A stretch of 64,000 nt of DNA from Antedon mediterranea. Its lineage: Eukaryota; Animalia; Echinodermata. The translations under genes and the position numbers were made by a program. The notes below the pieces were generated by a model that ran no database searches, was not told the origin of the DNA, and was given only the letters and a program-made list of their open reading frames with translations. Shown here one piece after another: positions 14,270-26,132 of this stretch. The DNA lies in contig NC_092674.1 of NCBI RefSeq assembly GCF_964355755.1, positions 12,152,001-12,216,000 of the forward strand. Reading direction: 5' to 3'. Within the stretch, counting starts at the first letter, position 1. The number at the start of each line of letters is the position of its first letter.

Positions 14270-14700
14270 ACTAGGCCTAGGCCGGGTATATATATAGGCA
14301 CTAGCTAGGCTATACTATTACTAGTGTTCAGAAAATCTAGGCTTGGCCACCAGCTATAGAATAGGCACTACCTAGCCTAGGCCTATGATGGCATGCTAAC
14401 TGGGCCTAGCTAGCCTAGCTAGGCCTAGGCTAGCCTAGTACTAGGCTAGGTAGGCCTAGTTACTAGCTAGGCTAGCCTAGGTCTAGCCTAGTAGTAGTCT
14501 AGGCCTAGGCTCTAGCTAGCCCTGCCTATTACCCTAGGTCTACTAGCCTAGCCTATTTTCTGAATACTTGCCTAGCTAGGCCTGTGCCTACTACTAGTCC
14601 TAGGCCCTCTTTATTTTTAGTACTTCATTTTAGGCCTAGCCTAGGCCTACCTACCTATTATTAATATGCCTGCCTACTCCTTGCCTACCGGGCTACCTAT
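14270..14700. repeat. CTAG/GGCCTA-rich low-complexity tract
   Basis: Dense aperiodic mixture of TAGGCCTA, CTAGCCTAG and CTAGGCTAG. Similar tracts at 2305-2460, 23878-24060, 41520-41660 and 42829-42880. Confidence 0.85.
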
Positions 14701-17096
14701 TTAAAAATAAATGGGTCATATGACCAATTCAAATATGAGCCCCTAACTAGGCCAGTCTACTTCTAAGGTCCATACATTTTTTTTATTAGTTTATCAGGTC
14801 CCCGCGAAATTACGATTTTTTTAAATTGTTTTGAAATTGTTTTTAATTTAATTTTTTTTATTAATATATTTTATTTTGAGGGAGCTGAGGATGATTAGAC
14901 TACTACACATCCTGGAGAAGAAGGTTGCCGTTGTCAAAGGCAAAGGTACCAGATCCAAGACCGTCATGACAATGTTGGAAGTAGGTGATTAGTAATACTA
15001 ATAATTAACACATTGATTTATGTATAGTTTGATTTTTGCCCCGAGTCTTAATTGTGTAGCGCGCTATATAAAAACTGACATTATTATTATTAAAATATAA
15101 TATCCACCTGACCATGCATCAGTTAGATATGCCTAAAAGTGACTCTCAATCAAATAAAATAACTGAAAATGAAATCAATTTACATTTCCTTATATTTCAG
15201 GTAGAGGAAATTGAAGTATCAGATGACGTTCTGAAAAGCTTCAATTCAAGACAAAAGTCCTCTTGCCCTACGCATTGTGTGTATGGACGGCAGTACAAAG
15301 ATATTTATTGTTGGTGAAGGGCAGTTTATAAACTTTCAAGGGCAAACTGTTCCAAACATTCTCTACCAAAGTTAAAAACGCAAAGCTATGATCGCATTTA
15401 CAAGATCTGAAACAGTGACAAAAATGATTTTTTTTTCATTTTTATGTTTATTACAGATACTATTTAAGAGTACTTTAACACCATTCTGTATATAAACATG
15501 TTTTAGCATTAATAAAGTGTTATCCACTCATAAACGTGTATATGTGTTATTTCTTTTAACGCCTGAACGTGTTAATAATTTGGAACTTTAACACCTAAAC
15601 GTGTTAATACTTATGGAAACATTAACACTTAAACGTGTTAATAATTTTTACATTAACACTTAAACGTGTTCATTAAGTGTTATCCGAAACGTGTTAATTT
15701 TAGCGTTTAAACATTAACACTACTTTTTACAGTGTATAAGGAGAACATTATCATTCCGAGAACCATCGTCTACACTTCCTAGAGGGGGAGCGAGCGAAGC
15801 GAGCTCACCCTCTAGTATATATAATGTTAAACAATTTGTGAAAACCACCTCTATTCGGGGAAAATCATAAATTCGATTTAATCGTCAATAAATATTAAAT
15901 TATCTAACTCAACTTAATTAGTAGGCCTTATGGTTTTCAATTGTTTCTTAGAGCCAATTCATAATTAAGTTGGTTCCTACCCTACCCACCATAGTTGTTC
16001 TGCGTTTAGGGCATGTGATGCACCGCATAGGCCTATCCTCTACTGGCTTTACAACGCTACTCATGCCAGTGAGGGAAGGGTGATGATGTGGGTAGTTTAA
16101 ATGCAAAAATAAAGATTTGTACATAATATACGGCGACTATCCGTTTAAAAAAAATTATATCCAAACCTCTGCAGTACAGATTGGAAAAAAAATGGATCGA
16201 ATTACTTGCCTTTACGACGCCTGAGGGAATAGACACTTGTGGAACAGAGATTGGAATGTTCCATTCATCGCAAATCAATACATTTATATAAACGTATATT
16301 AAATCTATCAAAATAGTATTTTTAAAAGAAAATCGGCCTGTCTTCAACATTATGATGCTGTACTCGAGCTGTTCAACCGGTTTTCAGCCATTAAAAACAA
16401 TTATCGTAGGAGGAGATAGGAAAATGCGAAGCATCCTCGTATTATTGTCTTCGGGTATTTTTCAAGACGGACATCCATTAGACAGTGTATACCACGATCG
16501 AAAAACACCCCTATTTGGGGCAAATCGTTGAACCTAAATTCGTTTTAATTGTCAATAACTAATTATCTAACTCAATTTAATTAGTAAACAGGGTTACATC
16601 AGGTGGTTAAAATCAGTACCGAGATTCTAACCAACTTTATATACCATCGAGTAAACATTCTAGAAATAACGCGCGATTTACTGATTTTTGCCCTTACGTA
16701 AATTTATATATAGATACCGGCCTGGTTGACAGCAAAAGCGAAGTTATTATTTATTGAACAAGATTTTACAGATTTCCGTCTACATCTCAATAATACTGTA
16801 TTATCAACAAAGGCTTTCATATAGACTCTCTTCTCCCAGACGTTTTTTGGGTCCAGCAGCTACCTATAAATTATAGTCGAGTTTCCAAATTCACAAAACC
16901 GTCAGCCTTAGATACTAAAGCTACCGCTATGAAACAGCTTATTAATGAATGTGTCCTCCTGGGACATAGCTGGCTAGAGCCGCGGCGTGAAAATTACAGT
17001 ACACACATTATACACATCTTCTTGTGGGTCTAAGCTTTCTATGGGCTATGTCTAATTACTACTTAGTTGAATGTCTTGCCTAGCTGTCGATTAGCG

Positions 17097-19373
17097 TTTC
17101 CCTTGAACAAATCATTCATTTTTGGTATCAATGTATAGTGTATAGCTCTACAAGTTGATAAAAAATATGTGATAATTAAAAAATTTATGACATTAAAAAA
17201 GATCAAAAGGTCATATTTTTTTTGAAAATGGAAAAATTCTGGTATCTACAAACATGTCAATATACTGTATCTTTTAAATATGCTTTTTGTTAAAAAATTG
17301 GCTAAAATGATTCATATATGATAGGTATATACATTCTGATTAATATAACCATGTTTAGGTACATGTATATACATGTAGCTATAAATATGTACACAACTTA
17401 GCAAAACAATCAGTTTCATTATTTTCTGTACATTTTTGGGGTAGGGGTTAATAACAATAGCGATAAGTATAATTTTTCTTGAACAAATCTTTACAAATAG
17501 ATATTAGTTTCTAGGGTAATGTCTGTTTTACATTTTGATGTTATATTTAGTATAATTAGACAATTAATTATAGTAACATTGCATTCCACTGAGTTAGATA
17601 GAGAAAGTGATAGAGAAGTGATTCTTATTTGTGACGGAAAAGCACATCAGATAATATCAGACTGTAGTACCATATCAACAACAGAGCTGATCAACCTTCA
17701 ATCCAAGAAGAGACAGACTCAAGAGTGATATTATATTGCTTTTATGGAAGAGAGGGGGCTTTAAGTATGCTAGAATTAGGAGTCCTTCCTGTGAAATTGT
17801 CTTTATTTTGCTGAATCATGCCATTCAGTTATCTGGAATACAAATAAAGTTTGAGACTGGAACAGGCAAAAAAAGGTAGATGTATCAATATTTCAAAGAT
17901 AGCATACGTGTACACACAGCAGTACTGTTCAGCATTATTGGCTCTACACGCATTTACAGGGTGTGATAGTGCCTTCAGAAGGCATTTGCCAAGCTTGGAG
18001 ACAATTGAGATGTTGACAAAGAACTTGTTGATGAACTCAAAAAGAGAAATGTGGATTGGGTGGAGGTTTGTTAAATCCATCAAAATATTGATGACAAATA
18101 ATCTAGGTGGACTGCAACAGGAAATGGATCAGAGCCACCAGAGAACAAATTTTATCACAAAACATTATTATATTGATATTCTTGAAAAAACCTGATGATC
18201 CAAAATTCCAGGGAGATGAAGAGAGTGATTCAGATAAAGATTAATTTAGGTATTTTAATTATACATTTACATGTTTGTAGATACAGTACCTAATTTTTTT
18301 TTTAATGTGACCTTTTGATCTAATGTGACGTCATTCATTATCCAATTACACTAAATATAAAACAGACATTACCCTACATACTAATATCTATTTGTAAAGA
18401 TTTTTGATCAAGAAAAATTATACTTTTTATCGCTATTGTTATTAACCCCTACCCCAAAAATGTACAGAAAATAATGAAACTGATTGTTTTGTTAAGTTGT
18501 TTACTTATTTATAGCTATATACATGTACCTAAACATAATTATATGTATCAGAATTTATATATTTTAGCCAATTTTTATACAAAAATGTTGGCATATTTAA
18601 AATATACAGTATATTGACATGTTAATTGTAGATACCAGAATTTTTCCATTAAAAAAAATTGTGACCTTCTGACCCTTTATAATGTCATTAATTATTTAAT
18701 TACCTCATATTTTATATCAACTTGTAGAGACAATACTCTATACATTGATACCAAAATAAATGATTTGATCAAGGAAAACTGTACTTATGGCTATTCGTAT
18801 TAACCCCTACCCCAAAAATGTACAGAAAATAATAAAACTGATTGTTTTGTTAAGTTGTGTACATAAGCCTATTTATAGCTATATACATGTAGGCCTATAT
18901 GAATCAGTATTTTGATACCTATCATATATGAATCATTTTAGCCAATTTTTAGACAAAAATGTTGGCATATTTAAAAGATATATTGACATGTTTGTAGATA
19001 CCAGAATTTTTCAATTTTCAAAAAAATTGTGACCTTTTGATCCTTTGTAATGTCATTAATTATTTAATTACCACATATTTTATATCAACTTGTATAGCAG
19101 ACAATACTCTATACATTGATACCAAGATTGAATGATTTGTTCAAGGAAAACTGTACTTATGGCTATTTGTATTACCCCAAACCCCACAAATGTACGGAAA
19201 ATAATGAAATTAAATCGTTTTTAAAAATCCGTTAAAAACACATCTCGGGAATGAGGATATTTGATGTTAACATCTATTTTTTAGTTCACCGGATATATAG
19301 GTACATAAAAATATAAAAAATGTAGGGATGTGGGGGGGGGGGTGCAGGGTGACCCCTCCCAGCCCATGGACTA
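17097..19373 (+). mobile_element. Academ-like DNA transposon remnant with long inverted arms made of ~365-bp repeats
   Basis: Broken peptide ..SRVILYC..FILLNHA..GTGKK..CINISKIA..CSALLALHAFTGCDS (17715-17970) resembles the XPG-like domain of Academ elements. 17097-17560 is inverted relative to 18345-18780. Repeat units start at ~18405, 18766 and 19138. The element ends in ..CCCATGGACTA. Confidence 0.6.
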
Positions 19374-19601
19374 ATAGCAAAAATTATCCACTGCATATAT
19401 ACACCATCTTTTTTACCTTAATTCTAGCGAGAGTCATCATAAAAAAAGTCTTTCTGGTTTATGGCAGAATTTTGCCAAATTTTGTATTTGACCATATTAA
19501 AGGAAATTCATATTTTACGTATTGATTTCTGTTACAGATATTTGATTTATGTACAATTATTATTACTAGATATTATATTTAAAATTCATACATGTACCTG
19601 T

Positions 19602-22488
19602 TGTAATAATGTTGCGTTGTTGAGGTACTAATGAAGACTCTTACTCGCTTAACTGTCGTAACACATATTGTTTATTCAGTATAATACTTCAGTACAATAA
19701 TGATTCGGTACAATATACTATTAGGATAAGGATACAGAGGATCAGTGATGCTGTCGGTGAGGTGTGAAGTGTGTAGGTCTGCTTCTGGAGAAGTGGCTGT
19801 AAGGTGTAGATGTTCTTCTGAAGAAGTGGCTGTGAGGTGTAGATGTTCTTCTGAAGAAGTGGCTGTGAGGTGTGTGCTCCGTGAGGTGGCTGTAAGGTGT
19901 GTGCTCCGTGAAGTGGCTGTAAGGTGTGTCTGGGCTCTTCTGAAACTTGGAAGTATATTGGCTTCGGTTCATTTGCATATGTCACTACGTAATCTGTGAG
20001 GGTAACGATTGGTCCTAAGTTGATCCAGGGGTGTTTAAGTGGGAGTGATTGATCTTATCTGGGGAGGTTACAATGATGAATTGGCCCTGTCGAATCTTTG
20101 CTTAAAACTGTCAATATCTAATTGTTTTACGATGGGAACAGTCACAAAGTTATTCTTTAGGGAATCGATTGTAAACTAAATGGTCATTAAAACATCTGGA
20201 CAAACTCTCCTCTGGACTTTCTGGGTCAAGTTTGTGAACTTATTTGAATTCCGATACAAAGGTCAATTTCTAAATTATAAAAGTATATCGTTATATTACA
20301 TCCCTCTGTTTCCCTTTTTTTTCTAATCTATTTAAAATATAAAAATGGTTATAATAGTGGCATGCAAAATTAAAGTTATATTAAAGAAAAAAAACATTAT
20401 TATACATATAAGCAAAAATTGAGTTAGCCAAAACCATTGACTCTGAAGTGTAACCTTATCACTTTCACTCTCTCTCTTCTCTCTCTTTAAAAAAATGAAT
20501 TTGGTATAAAATTCGCGTAAATCAAACATAAATCGGTTAAAAACAAAAATACAAAACTTCAAAATAGTATGTTACATTAAACATACATCAAATCGTGCGA
20601 CAACTCATCGCGTTCTAATGGCCTTCAAACATAAATCAATCAAATCAAAACATAACACTCAAGAAACGGTGGCTGATTAGCCTAAAATCAAAATATCAAA
20701 CTTAATCACTTAAAACTTTAAAAGAAACAAATGTGTGTGTGTCCCGTTGACACAAACTTATCCACAATATATCGTTATCATCACAACTTTATCGATTTAA
20801 GCATTTATATTCACAGGTAATTACGATTTCAATCAGTCGACAAATTCGACTTTTGTACTCAATGTCAAAAAAAATTACAATTAAAAGTACTAAGAAAATC
20901 TCCTGTTATTGTATATCAATTAATTAATGCTTGAGATTAACGACTCAAAGGTTAAACAAAATATTTGTTACAAAATGCTTGTCGTTCTTTTCAATATCTC
21001 AATATATCGATCATCAAAATTCAAAATTAATCTTTATCAAAAAAAACTCGTTACACTTAAACATAAATTCAATTCTCTTTTAACTGAAATCACATCGTTA
21101 CTAAAAAAAATATCATCAAAATACGTAGACTATGCTAGCACTAATTTAGCAAAAGTCGTAATTTAAAAATAATCTTGCAAAAAAAAAATTAAATCAGTAA
21201 CTTGTTGCATTATACAAACGTTTTATGAATCGTTTTGGCGATCCACTTATCGGTATCTGTTTATCATTAATGATCTCTTTAATCAATTTCTCTGTATCGT
21301 TATATCTGTCAATATTCCACCAAAATTTGCGATCATTAGATTCGTGTTTTGTTTTATCAGTGTTGCGTTTGGCTGAAGTCGGTTTAGAATACGAAACTAA
21401 AACTTGGAAATGTCCTGCTTTAAATCTACCTCGGTTTAATGCCATACTTGAATCATTAGGTGCTGTCATAATTAGATTAGTTTGTTCCTTAATTTGTTCC
21501 TCTTTCATTTGGAATGGGGCTGCTAATCCCATGTTATTCTCTACACAGTCAATGTAAGGTTGCAAGTTAAGGGGTTCTACTTCAACATTGGTTTTGTCAT
21601 TTACTACATTAATGGTGGTTTGGATTTTCTCGTTATTATCATCAGTGGGTTCATTCAACAATTATTTTAACAATTTAAAAAAACAATTTTAGTATATATA
21701 TATGTAAACTCTCACTTTTTCAATCAAGGTTACAAATCAAAAATCAAAATGGTTTTGACTTACCCCAAATGCTTCGGATCCAATTAAAAATGAATTAAAG
21801 GAATGCAAAAAGTGTTCAAAAATGTTTAAATGTTCAAACAACGAATTAAAGAAATGTTAAAGTGCTCATCAATGTTCAAATTTTTAAACAACGAATTCAA
21901 AAAAATGCGAAAGGTGTTCATCAATGTTCAAAATGGTCAAAAAAAGTAAATGTTAAAAAAAACGATCGAAAAAAAAAACGGCGTGAAGTTGAAAGTGTCC
22001 AAACGAAACAGTTCTTGTCCGCTTGCTTCTGTTTTAATTCTTCTTGGGTCTTCCTCGATTATCTTCTTTGTCTTTATCCAATGGTTATAATTTGATAAAA
22101 TTTCTGCTTGTCCCGATCTCATTCAAATATAATTTCAGTTTGTCTTTTGTGTAAAAGTAAATTTCTGGTTTTCTCCTTTCAAATAAATATGGTTATTTTT
22201 GTCTTCGTCTTCGTGTCTTGTTAAGTGTTTATTTCTTGTTTTCTTGTTATTCTGTTTTCTTACTCTGTTCCTTATGAAATTTGGGTCTTCCACCATGTAA
22301 TATAGTGTTGCGTTGTTGAGGTACTAATGAAGACTCTTACTCGCTTAACTGTCGTTAACACATATTGTTTATTCAGTATAATACTTCAGTACAATAATGA
22401 TTCGGTACAATATACTATTAGGATAAGGATACAGAGGATCAGTGATGCTGTCGGTGAGGTGTGTAGGTCTGCTTCTGGAGAAGTGGCT
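19602..22488 (-). mobile_element. Non-autonomous LTR retrotransposon (Gypsy-like) with truncated 5' LTR
   Basis: 3' LTR 19602-20300 has TGTAATA..TATTACA termini. PPT AAAAAAGGGAAACAGAGGGA at 20301-20320 (minus). PBS TGGTGGAAGACCC at 22283-22295 (minus) abuts a 5' LTR remnant 22296-22488 that matches 19602-19798. Confidence 0.88.
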
Positions 22489-22979
22489 AGGCCTACTTGT
22501 AATGATTTGATCGGCGCAAAACTAGTGGTATGCTTTTGACGTATGAATATTTTTATATTTAAATTGTTTTTTTTATTTTACAGGTCTCGGTGAAATGTGT
22601 GCTAATAAAAATGACCATTGATTTGATTGTAAACTTCGTTTAATTAGGCATATATTTGTTAACATTTATTTAAATGTAGTATTATAGTTTTATAAACGTA
22701 TGTTTGATGTGTCTTTTTATTTATTTACGTAAGAACATTAATTAATACAAAAATATTTTTACTGTTGTATAGTATTACAATTCAATTAAGCCCAGGTAAA
22801 GTACCAACAACGTATCATTTTTATACTTATCAATTTTTATTCTTATCACTATCTTCCCTGATTACATTTGATCATGGAGGTATACCTCCATGATTCGATC
22901 AAGTAATTATTGTTTCTATTGTATTGGTATATTTAAAATTGGTTGAATTAACGACGCCCTGTTTTAATCAAAAAGCCCA

Positions 22980-23880
22980 CAGGGCTATGGGGTCGAATTA
23001 CTCGTAGATTTCGTGTTACGTGTTTTTGCTGACCGGGATTAACCTTTTATTATAAAAAAAATGACGTATGATCGTTTTCCATATATTATTTATTAATAAT
23101 TCAGTGAAATGATCATGTACACGTACTGTAAATTCTGCAGGGCTATGGGCGTAGATTTCGTGTTACATGTTTTTGCTGACCGGGATTAACCTTTTATTAT
23201 AAAAAACACGCATTTATAGGGCGTCAAAGAGATTACTCATTAATGACGTATATGATCGTTTTCCATATATTTTATTTATTATTAATTCAGTGAAATGATC
23301 ATATACACGTACTGTAAGGCCTGCAGGGCTATGGGGCGTAGATTTCGTGTTACGTGTTTTTGCTGACCGGGATTAACCTTTTATTACAAAAAAACACGCA
23401 TTTATAGGGCGTCAAAGAGACGACTCAGTAAATGGCGTATGATCGTTTTCCATATACTGTATTTATTAATAATTCAGTGAAATGATCATATACACGTACT
23501 GTAAAGCCTGCAGGGCTATGGGGCGTAGATTTCGTGTTACGTGTTTTTGCTGACCGGGATTAACCTTTTATTACAAAAAAACACGCATTTATAGGGCGTC
23601 AAAGAGACGACTCAGTAAATGGCGTATGATCGTTTTCCATATACTGTATTTATTAATAATTCAGTGAAATGATCATATACACGTACTGTAAAGCCTGCAG
23701 GGCTATGGGGCGTAGATTTCGTGTTACGTGTTTTTGCTGACCGGGATTAACCTTTTATTACAAAAAAACACGCATTTATAGGGCGTCAAAGAGACGACTC
23801 AGTAATGACGTATGATCGTTTTCCATATATTTTATTTATTAATAATTCAGTGAAATGATCATATACACGTACTTTAAGGC
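22980..23880 (+). repeat. ~187-bp tandem repeat, 5 copies
   Basis: Units starting CAGGGCTATGGG at 22980, 23138, 23324, 23511 and 23698. Units 3 and 4 are nearly identical; unit 1 has an internal deletion. Confidence 0.92.
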
Positions 23881-25259
23881 TAGGTCTAGGCTGGTAATGT
23901 TATAGGACCTAGGCCTAATCTCATAATCAAATAGGCCTAACCTAGCTAGGCCTACATATAGAGCCTCAGATTTCTCCAGCCTTCGTGGCAGCATTCCATT
24001 GTGTTGTGAAATAAATAACTGCCTAGCCTAGTAGGCCTAGCTAGCCTAGCTAGGCTAACAACGTTTGATATGTGCCAACAAATATTGTTCAAGGTTTGGT
24101 TCCTTTATACATAGTATATTCTGTTAACGTTGTTTTGCATGGAATTTCGTTTTGCTTTGGGCCTTTGAAAACCACTCGTTATGATCAACTTGTTTATTAT
24201 TTTTCCTAAATGGCTTTATCCAGTTAGTAGATGGTTCTTCATTAAATTTGTCTATAAAATTTGTTTTATTTAAAATATCTTTAGTTAATATAGTAATTGT
24301 TACAAAATCTTGGCATTCCCTATAACACAGTACCTAATAATAACATGCCTTATAAAAAGTACATGCATTGCTAGTTTTTGATGTTCTGTATTGTTCCTTG
24401 TAGTTTGTACTGTAGGTTACATAACAGAACAATTGTATTGTCTTCCCATTCAATAGACACCCTTCTCTACATAAAACATAATACACCACACCCCTATCAT
24501 AATAATGGTATAGTCCATATAAGTCGAGGTGGCCGAAAACGGCACCTGATCCTGTTATTTCTATAACGTGCGCTAGACGACTGGCACGTCGAAAATTTTG
24601 AGCACTTTCTTGTTCAAGTGGTATTTGGGGTTTGCTCTCTGACTAGTGTGTGACATGATGATGAGTACGAGTTGACGTATGAATGACGTCATAACACTTC
24701 AAAATGATGGCGGAAAATGATCTTACGATGGTTTTCTGAGAATGTAATAAAGTAAATTTCAGTAAAAATATATTTGCAAACTGTAAATTATTTTTATTGG
24801 TTATTTTATTAAATACAGCTTTTAATAATACAGGTTATGGACTGGGTCGTATCACTACTAGGACGCCAACCTTTTTTCAGAAAATTAAGGATCTTCTAGG
24901 CTAGGCCTAGGTCTATTCTAAGCTACACACTTAGCCTGACCTAAGCCTGTGTACTTCCACTTGCCCAGCGTGGTTGCACCACGGAACGGGTCACTTCCCA
25001 AGGTTATTAAGTAATAATTTCACTGTCCACCTAATCTAAATATTCACATATCTGTTAACAAGTAGCAGTCCACTATATGGCGACCCATGTGGACGTCAAC
25101 TTTCACTCAATCTATTGTCCTTTATCACACAGAGTGGCCTTGCTGCACTCCTTCAAGACAGACATTTCATATGATTGTTCTATAGGATTCAACAGGCAAC
25201 ACAAGCCATCTTCGGCATGGTAGCTGTTCTACCGTGGAACAAATCCATAACTTCGGTAT

Positions 25260-26132
25260 CAGTGTTATGCGCGATTTGAACGATTTGCGCAATTTGAAAA
25301 TGCGCAAAAAAAATCCTTGCGCAATTTGAATTGAAACATGTGTTTCAAATTGCGCAAGCAACGTATTAAATTGCGCAAGTAATCTGCAAATTGCGCAAGG
25401 TTTTTCGACAGATTGTGAAATCATGCACACCCATATTTTTATAGTAATTTCTAAGAATGATTCAAAATTAAAGATAAATATCGCATTTCCTTATTTTAGT
25501 AGTGCAAATATTGTTATAAGTTAGCATACCGTCGAAGAACCGACGAAGGAAAACGAAGCGGTGGTGTTCCACCAGGCGGGCGCGGCGCGGGCGGCCGGCT
25601 ATACTACTCTAGCCTAGCTAGGGTCTGGACTACTGATACTGACTAGGTTACATGGCCTAGCTTAAACTAATATTAACAACTTAATTTTTACATTTATTTT
25701 GATTTATTTCAAGTTACAATGATAATATTATTTAATTGTAATAATAAATGTTATGTATTTATTATACACATGTTCGCATTTATTATGTTTTATTTTGAGT
25801 TATTTAGTTTCCAATAAATTATTATAATATCGATTGTCTGGTAGAATTTTGTTGCGCAATTTGAAAATTTACAGTTCGTTTTCAAATTGCGCAAAGGTGT
25901 CATATTGCGCAAGAACTATCTTGCGCAATTTACAAATTGTGCAGCGCAATTTAAAATTGCACAAAGATTTTCTTGCGCAATTTGAAATTGCGCAAGTTGA
26001 TTGCGCAATTTTTGAAAAAAAAATCCTTGCGCAATTTTAAATTGCGCAAGAATTCTTTGCGCAATTTCAAATTGCGCAAGGATTTTTTTGCGCAATTTCA
26101 AATTGCGCAAATCGTTCAAATCGCGCATAACA
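25260..26132. mobile_element. hAT-like MITE with TTGCGCAA subterminal arrays
   Basis: (CAG)TGTTATGCGCGATTTGAACGATTTGCGCAATTTGAAA.. is inverted at 26096-26132. More than 15 TTGCGCAA palindromes. Confidence 0.75.

Larger units (their letters stand above)
10999..15734. mobile_element. CACTA/EnSpm (CMC) non-autonomous transposon
   Basis: Termini CACTGTAAAAA ... TTTTTACAGTG, 2-bp TA TSD, arrays of TTAACAC/GTGTTAA subterminal repeats at both ends, and degenerate exon-like remnants at ~14880-15400. Confidence 0.8.
9302..15815. mobile_element. Unclassified element bounded by inverted hairpin-forming termini
   Basis: Left end CTAGATGGTACGCTCGCTTCACTCGCGTACCATCTAG..GATGGTTCTCG. The right end is an inverted relative: CGAGAACCATC..CTAGAGGGGGAGCGAGCGAAGCGAGCTCACCCTCTAG. 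Confidence 0.55.
6138..16989 (-). mobile_element. Helentron-associated (HINE/DINE-like) element, copy 1, expanded by internal insertions
   Basis: Segments 6138-7919, 9178-9300 and 16714-16989 are contiguous in copy 2 (38739-40931). It has a terminal palindrome AAGAAATATTTCTT (6139-6152), subterminal IR ACGCCGCG/CGCGGCGT, internal ~57-bp tandem repeats, A-run flanks and no TSD. Confidence 0.7.
5565..17096 (-). mobile_element. Second, inverted copy of the 3427-4346 MITE, split into 5565-6137 and 16990-17096 by nested insertions
   Basis: 5565-6135 is the reverse complement of ~3800-4346. 16992-17095 is the reverse complement of ~3685-3795. The two halves rejoin at an A-run. Confidence 0.75.

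Noticed and set aside
19689-19999. Overlapping repetitive ORFs on both strands
   Set aside because: They result from 27/33-bp tandem units inside an LTR.
22980-23880. Regularly spaced repeats resembling a CRISPR array
   Set aside because: Whole units repeat with no unique spacers, there are no cas genes, and the context is eukaryotic. It is a satellite.
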